Shown in pieces: positions 27,574 through 39,372 of a stretch of DNA of 64,000 nucleotides. Below the pieces are notes generated by a model, which ran no database searches, was not told where the DNA came from, and saw only the letters and a list, made by a program, of their open reading frames with translations. Origin of the DNA: Octopus vulgaris (taxonomy: Eukaryota); assembly GCA_951406725.2 (NCBI GenBank), contig OX597814.1, forward strand, positions 53,878,001-53,942,000, read 5' to 3'. Within the stretch, counting starts at the first letter, position 1, and the number at the start of each line of letters is the position of its first letter. The translations under genes and the position numbers were made by a program.

Positions 27574-27713
27574 TATATAAGAATTTTTTTGCGTAATAAG
27601 ATAAAAAAAACTAAGGCTGTATAGATATTAGAGCATTTATAGATAGAAGGTAATGGTCTAATATCTATACAGCTTTGGTTTTTTTATCTTATTACGCAAA
27701 AAATTCTTATATA
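27574..27713. repeat. Inverted repeat, ~58-bp arms, ~24-nt loop
   Basis: tatataagaatttttttgcgtaataagata...atagatattaga / tctaatatctatacag...ttattacgcaaaaaattcttatata. Confidence 0.95.
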
Positions 27714-27849
27714 CACACGCTGACATAGAACCAACGTTGAACCCTTTATTCGCAATATTACCGAATCTGGAACTTTAACTATGGTTTGTCTATAGCACTT
27801 ATTCAGCATTAATCTGACACCTTTGGGTCTCAATGACACCATTATCTCT

Positions 27850-27886
<37 letters not shown>

Positions 27887-28277
27887 ATATATATAGAGGA
27901 TCTTATACAAAAATTCTATAATTATGAGTATAATTATAATTAGGGTTCAGCAAAAATTTGCTTCACCACATACCGAAATTTAGAAATAGCAGTTAAAACT
28001 AATTATTTCACTACCACAAGAAAAATCTCCCAGACAGCAATATTCAACAACTCATGCAAGTAAAGAGAAAAAAATAATGAATCCACCCAGCTTTGATTAA
28101 TTGTATACGCGTTTCGGAGTTAGAGAGATGTGAAAAATGTAAAACCATATTGAATTAATAATTCACACGATAATTATTAATTCACATAATAAGATACAAG
28201 GTAATAAAGATTCACAAGTTACAACACGGAGTCCAGTGCAAAATTTGAAATTATACAACATTAACAGGACATACTAA

Positions 28278-29220
28278 TACTGTTTGTGGCATACATTAAT
28301 GACATAGATGCCAATTTAAAGAATGCCACAGTATTGAAATATGCAGACGACATCAAGCTGTACCTTGAAATCAAGAGGACTGATCCTGATGTCTACAACT
28401 CTTTCCTGCAATCAGACCTAGACACAATGCAGCAATGGATCACAGACTGGCAACTGAAACTGGCTGTGGACAAGTGTACCACCATGCATTTTGGGAGAAA
28501 AAACCCTGCATCCACATACTCCCTCCACAACACTGATATCAAGAAATCCTCTTGCGAGCGTGACCTAGGCATCACTGTCAGCAGTGATTTGCGTTGGACA
28601 AAGCATATCTCTAAAATTGTCAAGAAGGCCGAGGGTGTCTTGGCATCACTCAGCAAGACTTTTGTTAGCCGCTCTCCAGCCATCTATTTAAAACTGTATA
28701 CAGCTATGGTACGACCACACTTGGAATTCGCATCATCAGTTTGGAATCCCTATCTTGCTCAGAACATTGACCTCCTGGAATCTGTCCAGAGACGTGCAAC
28801 CAAACGCATACCCTCCATCAGACACCTACCATATTCTGAGCGCCTTGTTTCCCTGGGCATGGATTCACTGAAGCTCCGGCGTCTAGCGACGGACTTGGTA
28901 AACACCCACAAGGTTATCAACCACCTCACCAACAACAACACTGAACACCTTTTTGATCTCCATGTGTCTAACACACGTGGACATGCCTACAAAGTCAGAA
29001 AACAGCACAGCTCCCATGACTTTCGGAAACATTTTTTCACGCTCAGGGTTGCTGAAGCGTGGAATAAACTGCCTGCATCAGTTGTTGACTGCCATGACAC
29101 TGCATCCTTTAAGGCCCTCATGCTTCCCGAAATCCGTCGAAACTACACCTGATTATATATACACTTTAGATGAGTTGTAGTGCACCTGAGCACTGTACAC
29201 AATTATTATTATTATTATTT
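28278..29220 (+). mobile_element. 5'-truncated young CR1-group LINE (uninterrupted RT C-terminal ORF 28286-29152, (ATT)n tail)
   Basis: LFVAYIND, KYADD, LQSDLD, WQLKLAVDKC, RDLGI, VRPHLEFASSVWNP, TRGH motifs; no stops over 288 aa. Confidence 0.93.
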
Positions 29221-29717
29221 TATGAACATAATGTTCCATTGACGGGCCGTTTTGGAAACATATCCAATAATATGACATAAATTTCATATTTTAGTGAAGC
29301 AGGCACTCCCTTCATCAGGATGCTTCATAACACGAAAGACACAATGACAGCAACATATAAAAGGACAACTTACTTCGTTACATTCTAACCAATTTCAAAA
29401 GTCTTATATTATGTTGATGTTTTATATTTTGCCTGCATATATATATGAGCATTTTTGAATATTTTTAAATACCTACAAGTTTTTATCTTATATCAAATCA
29501 ACGTTTTTTATATCTATTTATATATCTATTTATATATCTATTTATGTATTTATATATTTTTAAAATGCCAACATATTTTTTAATATTTTAAAATATTTGC
29601 ATATTTTTAAATGTTAAATATTTATATGTTTATATACTTGTATGTTTTTAATACTGTATTATCTGGAACTTTATATTGATTTATTAATGTCCAATGAAGG
29701 TACACATATATATTGAA

Positions 29718-30104
29718 CTAGCAGTATCGCCCGGCGTTGCTCGGGTTTGTAAGGGAAATAACTATATAAGCATTTTTAGAGAGTTATAGCCAAAAAATAG
29801 CAAAAAAATGCATTAAAAATGGAAAAAAAATGATGGTAAATTTTTTTTTAAATCGTTGACTCATCGTAGACATTTTTAGAGAGTTACTTCCCTTATATAA
29901 TAGCGAAAAAATTGCATTAAAATGGAAAAAATTATGGTAATTTTTTTTTTAAATCGTAGACGCGCGCTAATACCCAGAACGACTCGATATGAATCACGAC
30001 TTTAAGATACCCGTTTTTGGTTAAACTGCACCGCAAAATGTGGGAGTAGTTTGGAATCTAAATCGTAGGAGACAGATACACAACTTCACTTTTATATATA
30101 AAGA
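29718..30104 (-). mobile_element. Non-autonomous Helitron (different family from 8573-8937) with an internal duplication
   Basis: Minus strand A|TCtttatatataaaag ... cccgagcaacgccggg hairpin ... CTAG|T. catttttagagagtta and the gcattaaaa-tggaaaaa block each occur twice ~100 bp apart. Confidence 0.88.
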
Positions 30105-30166
30105 TATTCTACTGGACAATAGGTCATGTTCTTCTAGTTTTCTGCTGGTATTGCCTCCATTCAAAT

Positions 30167-30180
30167 TATATACATACATA

Positions 30181-30212
<32 letters not shown>

Positions 30213-30551
30213 CATATATATATACATACATACATATATATATATACATATATATACATACATATATATATATACACATATATATATACACATAGATATA
30301 TATATACATACATATATATATACATACATATATATATACACATATATATACACACATATACATACACATATATATACATATATATATATACATATATATA
30401 TACATACACATATACATACACATATATATATATACATATATATATACACACATATACATACACATATATATACATATATATATATACATATATATATACA
30501 TACACATATACATACACATATATATATACATATATATATACATATATACAT

Positions 30552-30635
<84 letters not shown>

Positions 30636-30667
30636 GTATATATATATATATATATACATACATACAT
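30167..30667. repeat. Compound (TA)n/(CATA)n microsatellite
   Basis: Direct inspection. Confidence 0.95.
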
Positions 30668-31690
30668 CGGGTCTTCACAAGTGGAGTTTTGTGTCCCAAG
30701 AATAAAGGTATGTAGGCCACAGGTTATGTTCTCACAAGTCTTGCCGGGTCTTCTCACGCACAGCATACTTCCATAGGTCTCGGTCTCTAGTCATTTCCTT
30801 GGTGAGACCTAAAGTTCGAAGGTCGTGCTGCACCACCTCGTCCCAGGTTTTCCTGGGTCTACCTCTTCCACAGGTTCCCTCAACTGCTAGGGTGTGGCAC
30901 TTCCTAGCAGTTGAGGGAACCTGTGGAAGAGGTAGACCCAGGAAAACCTGGGACGAGGTGGTGAAGCACGACCTTCGAACTTTAGGTCTCACCAAGGAAA
31001 TGACTAGAGACCGAGACCTATGGAAGTATGCTGTGCGTGAGAAGACCCAGCAAGACTAGTGAGAACATAACCTGTGGCCTACATACCTTTCCTTCTAGGG
31101 ACACAAAACTCCACTTGTGAAGACCCGTTGAGGCAAGTGAAAGTCAAAATCAAAATCAAAATCAAACCAAATCAAATGCGATATCAGAAAGCAGAACCAA
31201 AATCGAAGTCGATCAACATCAATGGAAATTGCAGCTATTGTACCAGTGCCGGTGACAAGTAAGCAAACCATCCAATAGTGGCCGTTGCCAGTGCCGCCCC
31301 GACCGGCCTCCGTGCCAGTGGCACGTAAAAGCACCATCCGTTCGTGTCTGTTGCTAGCCTCACCTGGCTCCCGTGCCGGTGGCACGTAGCACCATCCGTT
31401 TGTGGCCATTGCCAGCCTCACCTGGCCTCCGTGCCGGTGGCACGTAAAAAGCACCATCCGTCCGTGGACGTTTGCCAGCTCCGTCTGGCACCTGTGCGGG
31501 TGGCACATAAAAAGCACCCACTACACTCACGGAGTGGTTGGCGTTAGGAAGGGCATCCAGCCGTAGAAACACTGCCAGATCAGGCTGGGCCTGATGCAGC
31601 CTTCTGGCTTCACAGATCCCAGTCGAACCGTCCAACCCATGCTAGCATGGAAAGCAGACGCTAAATAATGATGATGATGATGATGATGAT
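30668..31690 (+). mobile_element. RTE LINE 3' fragment (30903-31690) carrying an inverted duplicate of its own 5' part (30668-30902)
   Basis: VEGTCGRGRPRKTWDEVVKHDL...RDLWKYAV is encoded on both strands; same family as 53495-54273. Confidence 0.92.
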
Positions 31691-31863
31691 ATAGATACAT
31701 ATATATATACATACATGTATACATATATATACATATATATATATACATACATATATATATATATACATATATATATATACATACATATATATATATATAC
31801 ATACATATATATATATATACATACATATATATATATATACATATATATATATACATATATATG

Positions 31864-31894
<31 letters not shown>

Positions 31895-32735
31895 ACACAA
31901 ATAAGAAAATGGAGAAACAATTTAGTTGGTTCATCAGCTTTCGGATATTAGAATGTTGAATTATTTATTCATTTAACAAAAATGAGAACCTTAATAGCAT
32001 ACATATATACATTATAATTCAATACATATAAGATAAGAATACAATTATAAAAATCATAGTATAAATTACTAAAATCATTAAAATCACTCCTTACAGCTGT
32101 TTCAGCCTATGGATAAAAGTAGTTTTTTTTCGTGCCTATAGTTGTCAATTATATTGAGGTTGTAGGCATTTAAAAATAGGGTACTTATATATATAACCAT
32201 AGGCCTCATCAGAGGCCTATAGTCATATATATAGTTTTTTACTGCTCTTTCTAGCACAAGGCTTGCCTATTTGGAAGCCTCTGTGTCTTAATGTACATAT
32301 TTTTATGCGAATAATATATAGTCTATTGACTAATTTTTTTTTTGTGCTAGGCCACTGGTAATAATAATTTCTATAATTCTTATTACCCTGATACTATTCA
32401 CTATGTTTAGATATTTTTTGATAAATTTGTTCGAAATTTTACCAGCATCCTCTCTGTCGCCAGAAATAAACTGCATTTGCGTAGTGGTTTTGAAAAGTTA
32501 AGATATACAGGCAGCTAGTTTACATGTGGATCTAGTTGTGTGTATATTTAAAATCTAAAGACTAGCCTCAGTAAATATTTTTTTTACTGGAATTAGTCAG
32601 AAACCATGGTCTAAGAACTAAATTAGATGGCAAACATTTTTAATTTTTATTCCTTTCGTGAATTTATCCCTAATTAGTGGTTTGAGTTTTCTACTGCTCT
32701 TTCTAGCACAAGGCTTTCCTATTTGGAAGCCTCTT
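31895..32735 (-). mobile_element. Probable Penelope-like element remnant between (TA)n tracts
   Basis: Contains a hammerhead motif and a ~45-bp direct repeat (32237-32281, 32689-32734). Coding similarity is weak. Confidence 0.55.
32089..32215 (-). ncRNA. Minimal type I hammerhead ribozyme motif with intact core
   Basis: Minus strand: CCU-CUGAUGA-GGCCUAUGG-(84 nt)-CCAUAGGCU-GAAA-CAGCUG-UA^AGG. Confidence 0.75.
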
Positions 32736-32736
32736 A

Positions 32737-33213
32737 ATATATACATACATATACATATATATATATATACATATATATATGCATATATACATGCATATAT
32801 ACATACATATATATATACACATATATACATGCATATATACATACATATATATATACACATATATATATATAAACACATATATATATATACACATATATAT
32901 ATACACATATATATATATACACATATATATATATACACATATATATATACACACATATATATACACATATATACACATATACATATATATATACACACAC
33001 ATATATATATATACACACATATATATATATACATACATATATATATATATACATATATATATATACATATATATATGCACATATACATATATATACACAT
33101 ATACATATATATAAATATATACACATATATGTATATATATATATACATACGCATATATATATATACATATATATATATATGCAAATATACATACATACTT
33201 GCACACATATATA
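32737..33213. repeat. Compound (TA)n/(CA)n microsatellite
   Basis: Direct inspection. Confidence 0.95.
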
Positions 33214-34879
33214 TCAACAGGCTATAGCAAAATTTTTCACCATCCTGAAAGGTCACAGTTCAAGTTCTGTTGTGATAAGTTATAAGTTAAAATTGATCTT
33301 ATTAGCTTTTGACAAGATTTAAACTATCAAACCATAAAACTACAGGCTTTGAAATTGTAACTAATAAGTATCAATTCTAGTGTTCTTCCCACTGCATTTG
33401 CTTGACCCCACCAAGCTTCCGTTGTCTTAGAATTGCTATATAATCACTAGAATTGAAAAAGATTAACGATGGTCTATATTAGCAGTGATTGTTATGGTAG
33501 TGTTAAGAAAGCACTAATATCACCCAACACACTGTTACCTCTGTCTTTGATATATGTTCTTTTTCAATACAATTAGAATATTGTATGTATAAAAAAAAGT
33601 TAATTTCAGCATTGAGACAAATTTTAAGCTCTTTCCACATTGTCCACAATTTTATATATATTGCATGCATTTATGCAAAAAATTCCATAGATTCTCATTG
33701 CTTACTATCCTGATGAAGAAAATCTGAAAATTCAGTAGGTAACATTTGATGTAGTAATTTATATAACCCTCACCAATTAGTAACACCCACCCCACTTAAT
33801 GACTACTGCTGCTTTCTCTCCACTAATATCATATTGCAATTATAATTCTATTCCTCTTATATTACTTACCCATTCTCATGCCTCCCTAGAATCATCACCC
33901 ACTCTGTCTTCTACTCTCCCTCAGTTATAGGGGCCATTCTGAGCCCTTAGTCTTGCAAGTTACAAAGCAATCTTCTCTAGTCCTGGTACCATGAAAAAAA
34001 GCACTTGGAACATTTTGTAAAGTGGTTAGCAATAAGGAAAACATCCAGCGATAGAATCCATGCTAAAGCAGACACTGGAAAAATGACACACTGCTCTAAC
34101 TCTCAGATCTTGTTGAACCAATACATGCCAGTGTGGAAGCCAAACATTAAACGATAACAATGATGCCAATAGTTCAACAGAACGCATAATTAGATAACTG
34201 ACACTATTACACTAACAGTAAAAAAAAAATGCAGATGATTAAATTTTGTTTAAACACTAATAATCTATGAAATCAGTCCTAAATATATTTCTCGCTCTCT
34301 CTTTTAGAATGTTTTTTCCGATCCTGCTGTTGATTTTCTATTTACTTTTTAAAAGTTTCATTGCTCCACAAATGTCTGAGGTCAATGCATGAGAGCAAGG
34401 GATGTAACTCTGAAAATTCATAATCATTTACTTCAATGTTTTATAGTGTTCCAAGAAAATTTGATGTTCTACAAGATTAGGCGTTCTTTAAATTTTTTTT
34501 CAAATTCATTCATTTTAAAAATGGTACAGCATTTTTTTTCTATATATGAATAAATTTTCTAAAACAGTTGTTTGCTTCACTTCATCCCTTATTAAAATTG
34601 GGTAGCAGGATTTGTCTGAAACAAAATATAGGTATGGATTCCATAATCTTTGGAAAATCATATAGTTCTATGAAGAAAATAGTTTAGGAACCACAGATCT
34701 ACTCCACACTAACATATGTTTTTGATTACAGTCATATACCATTTATGTTATGAATACTGAAAATTGATTTAAAAAGAAACTTTAAAGACATGTTAGCTAT
34801 TGCTCTAGTACCCCTCTATCAATGAAAATTTACAGCAGCTCCTAAAGAATCATGTTATTTCAGTGTAATAGAGTATTTG

Positions 34880-35305
34880 CTTTGAGAAGACCTCACAAGC
34901 CAAATGAGATCGTAGCCATGGCCTAGGCCAGTGTGGCATAACTGGCCTATTTAAAAGTACCCTTCAATCATCAGGCAATAATGCTGTGCTTGAGAAGACC
35001 TTGAGTCAAGTGAAATTGTTGTCGTGGCCAATGCCAGTACCACCTGACTGCCATCCATGCCAGTGGTTTGTAAAAAGCACCATTCGAGCATGGTTGATGC
35101 CAGTGCTGCCTGACTGGCCCCCATGCCAGTAGTACATAAAAAGAACCCACTACACTTTCAGAGTGGTTGGTGTTAGGAAGGGCATCCAGCTGTAGAAACC
35201 TTGCCAGATCAGATCAGAGCTTGGTGCAGCCTCCTTGCTTGCCAGTCCTCAGTCAAATCGTCCAACCCATGCCAGCATGGAAAGCAGACGTTAAACGATG
35301 ATGTT
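34880..35305 (+). mobile_element. RTE LINE 3' UTR fragment (diverged)
   Basis: gaagacc..caagtgaaatt...gttaggaagggcatccagctgtagaaac...gttaaacgatgatg. Confidence 0.8.
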
Positions 35306-35319
35306 GCCATTCCAATATA

Positions 35320-35620
35320 GACTGGCACTCCATTGGTTACAAATATTCCAATTGATCCAATCAATGGAACAGCCTGCTTGTGAAATTAACACACGTGGCT
35401 GAGCACTCCAGACACATATTCCCTTAACATAGCTCTCAAGGAAATTCAGCATGACACTATGTGACAAGGCTGGTTCTTTGAAATATAGGTAGTATTCACT
35501 TTTGCTAGGTGAGAAGACTGGAACAATGTGAAATTAAGTGTCTTGCTCAAGGATACGCTGATGGAAATTGAACTCACTATCTTACAATTGTGAGCTGAAT
35601 ACCCAAAGCCACAAACCAAG
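35320..35620 (-). mobile_element. Diverged tRNA-derived SINE (head related to 50522-50840)
   Basis: aagtgtcttgctcaagg...ttgaactc...ttgtgagc is the reverse complement of the head seen at 50522. Confidence 0.6.
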
Positions 35621-35815
35621 CCATTATCACTTTATAAACAAGGATTTTAAAGTAGCATAGAATACATGGTTAAAGTGATGTGCTGGAGTTAAGTTATAAA
35701 GTTGCTTTGTTTCAGAGTTAATGACACATAAATAGTTCAGATTTTCTTCCAAAATATATGAAAATAAATTAATAAAAGCAGGATTAAAATCATGATAGTT
35801 TATAAGTTTTGATAT

Positions 35816-35821
35816 TTTATT
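35816..35821 (-). promoter_or_regulatory. Candidate distal polyadenylation signal (AATAAA) of ATP6V0D1
   Basis: tttatt on plus, at the edge of a ~2.1-kb repeat-free block, followed on minus by U-rich sequence. A proximal AATAAA lies at 37754-37759. Confidence 0.45.
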
Positions 35822-37941
35822 TTACAAAATAACTCCCTAGTTCCAACAAGTCTACTTCACACTATTGATTTTCAGAACTTCTTTCCATACTATGAACACA
35901 AAAAGTATTTAAAAAATAAAATAAATGACTTTGAATTTTATAACAACTTTCTGCAAACAGAAAGATAACTTTAATTCTTTAAATTTAACAAATAGACACA
36001 CACACCCTCAAAAAACTTTAATATATAATCCAATACTCAGAAGAAAGTTTTAAGTATTTCAATTGAGCATGAAGGGGTGACAAAATCAACTTTCTTAAAG
36101 AACCAATTAGATTATTCACTGCCAAGTCAGCATTATTTCAGAGGCATCTTTAACAGATGTTGAATAGACACATTTCCAGAACAATTTTAGTCAAAAGCTT
36201 TTCAATGTGGTTTAAAAGTTTGCAACTAGAAAAACCAGTCTGACAGTTTTAAGGTCCAATTTTTATCACCCCAACAAATATTGTTTACAAATACCAAACA
36301 GCTGCAAAGTTATTTGGATTTGTTATGAAGTGAAATATTTTCTAAAGATATTTCTTTACAATAAATTTTCATTCAGTACCAGAAAAAAAAATACTACTAA
36401 CTTTTGGTCGTCAGACGAAAATTGTTCTCAAAGCATGTCATGATCAAGTTTCTTTGATGAATGTATTAAAGATTCAAGTTATTTTTTTCCAGGAATGCTG
36501 ATTTTTTTTAGATAATGATGAGGAAATGGTACAATGAATCCTCTTCATTTGTCTCTAAATATCAACAAGACTATCATATCAAGATGATAAAAATCACAGA
36601 TCAACAAAATACAATTATATATCCCAAGACCAGCAATGCATTGGTAATGACCAATAACATTTTAGATACACAACTTTTGTTTTTCACACCAATAACGTAC
36701 ACCATGCTGAAATAATTGCAGCCAAATGGCTAACTCTGCAACTGTACAAATTTGTTGTAGATAGAATCAGCCATGTTTATAGTATCATATATATATTTCT
36801 GTAGCTAACAACAAAATTAGAATTAACTTTGGTAATATCATCAATGCTAGGGTTCTATTATGACACACCAGCTTTTGTTATTTCAATTTTAAAATTAATG
36901 ATATTAAAATTAGTCATACATCATTACATTAGAATAATATAATTTACAACTAGTTTATAAAAAAATATCAAAGGAATGTTTAAGTTAAAATGACTAAAAA
37001 AAGCCAAATAAAAAGCACCAAAATAAATAAGAACTGTATGAAAACACGAAATTATATTCACCAAATACAAAACTTATCCTATCAACAGATTTTTATATCT
37101 AGACCTAAAAATAATTGGTTTTTTTTGTTAATATACTTGATTAATACTGAAAGGTTAACAAGGGAGGTAACTCTACAGTCTTCGGCATTTGTGGAACGAA
37201 GTTTTAAGCAGAAAGATTAAGACAACCTAGTTCGGAGAACTTTTTAGTGAGGGAAAATATTTCCTAATTAACATGTGATATTTGATCCTTTCCATTCCAA
37301 ATATGGTCTAACAAATACTTAAACAAAATTTAGGATATTCTTTAATTCTACACTAGACTTATGCACCAAAAGTAAATCTATGTAAAATGACACAAGGAAC
37401 TAAAGTTTTTGCTTTTTTATAGTTTTCTATTCTTTTCACATAAGACCATTTAGAATTTAAACAAAGCAATTGCCACTGTAAATCATACTTGGCTTGCAGA
37501 AGTATCATCAATAATTTAGTACCACCTTATGGTACTTGCAACAACAATAATAACAATACACGCCAATTGCTAATTCAAAACTATGAGCAATGGCAGAAAC
37601 AGGCAAAAAGGAAAAGATAAACAAAATCAGCAATAACAAAGAACATAACAGTAAAACAGCAGACAATTTCAGCATAGCTCTAGTTTTGGCTACAGAAGTC
37701 TACAATGATGTGAAATCTTTCTATTCTAATGGTTTGATTCCTTTCATTTTGCTTTTATTGTTTGTTACTTTTTGTTTTTTCCTTCTTCCCACTTTACTCA
37801 TTTTTTTTTAAAATTTACTTTTATATTTTCATCTGATTGATGGGAAGCACAGAAAGAAAAAAATTCCAAGATGATATAAAAAAAAAAAAGAAAGTGTTAG
37901 CAGTTGGTCTTCAACTAAATTTCAACAGATTCACAATGACT

Positions 37942-38103
37942 TCAGAAAATGGGTATGTAGCTGTCGATTTTGGCTCGGTGGCGCTGTGCTACACATTCAG
38001 CAATCCAGATGATGTTGCGACACTCCTGTTCTTTGAGTTTCAAGAAAGAGTAAAAGACACCATATTGGAACTGTTGCATGAAGGCATTCCTCATCAGCTT
38101 CAC
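37942..38103 (-). CDS. ATP6V0D1: V-type proton ATPase subunit d, coding exon 8 ([53 protein letters not shown])
   Basis: Hand translation matches the metazoan subunit d C-terminus; acceptor tttcag; TGA at 37944-37942. Confidence 0.97.
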   Translation of the reverse strand: MKLMRNAFMQQFQYGVFYSFLKLKEQECRNIIWIAECVAQRHRAKIDSYIPIF

Positions 38104-39294
38104 CTGAAACACATGCAATTGTAAAATATGTCACTTTACTTCATCCAACAGTTAAAACATTCAGATGTAACTCAGAGGTCAGTTAACTTGTTCATTTTTC
38201 CTTCCTATATATAAAAGATCTGATCACCATTAACTCTAACAACACCTCATTATAACCCCATGCTCCTCTAAAACTAACATTGCCTTTATTCCTCCCTAAC
38301 TTCATCCCCATCACATAATTTCATTACCACATTTTCTGGCATACAAGTCAAATTTTTCAGACTAAGATTTACAATGAAAAAACGTAAGGTGACTTCTACA
38401 CCATGGCAACTTTAGAGGACCGAACATTCCATGTGAAAAGCAGCAGGGTTTTGTAATATAGTGACAATGTTTGAATGCTTACACTATATATATCAACATG
38501 TACACCAGAAAATATGGTGTGCCAAACGAAGCATGCATAACTTCTATAAATAACCTACAAAACATCCTCCAAAATACAAATGTTACATATCTGAACAAAA
38601 TTTAACCACAAGAATATGTTCACACTATCTATGAGCAAAAAATTAAAAAAATAAAAATAACCCTGCATTCTCTGATGGCACTTCTGATAATAATACATTT
38701 AGGTAAGAGTATATAACAAAAGCTAATACATTTTCCAAGGCCACAAATTTCTGCCCCGAACAATAACTGCTTGAGAATTTCCATATTCATCCTACACTAG
38801 CAAACAGCTTACACTTCAGGAATAGTGTACCATCACACACGCATAATTCCTGAATTACTTGGAGAAAAAAAAAATAAAGAGTACTCATCCTATGAGTAAA
38901 CATTCACTCACACCAACATTCTTCAATCAATGGTTTATCATCAAGCGGTTACTTTTATCACTACTGCAACAGTCTCTGCTCCAAGGAAATTGATAGTATA
39001 TCATATCCATTTACTTGTTTCACTAACCTCCTCTCCCATCTATCAAATATACCCCACATCCTAAATGTTTGTTTAGTATGTCATCTCCAGAATAACCACC
39101 TTAACTGCTTAAAAACTATATAGCTTCAAAATGTTGAAACTTATGAGTAACTATAAATAACTTCAGCTTCCATTCTTTTTCTCCAATCTAAGCCACTCAT
39201 ATTAGTCTAAGTAAATTTTGAAGAAACAAACAAAAAGGAAAACACACACAAAAAGGTTTTAAATCAAAGAAAAACCTTGGTCATAAAAAATTAC

Positions 39295-39372
39295 CTCATA
39301 TTCAAAAAAACGATCTTCTAGAGTTTTTTCACCAGCATTTACTCCAACTCCTTCAAATAATTCTTTGTATAC
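39295..39372 (-). CDS. ATP6V0D1: V-ATPase subunit d, exon 7 ([26 protein letters not shown])
   Basis: 78 nt, tag acceptor, gtaatt donor, KTLEDRFFE motif. Confidence 0.96.

Noticed and set aside
30021-30766. Long ORFs rich in Y/I/H/T/C/V/M (also at 6038-6529, 10149-10403, 25568-25963, 31527-31951, 32618-33256)
   Set aside because: They are translations of (TA)n/(CA)n microsatellites that happen to lack stop codons.
37837-38124. Plus-strand 95-aa ORF (and other antisense ORFs such as 60340-60558, 47856-48227, 28393-28683)
   Set aside because: Antisense shadows of real exons or LINE ORFs, with no independent evidence.
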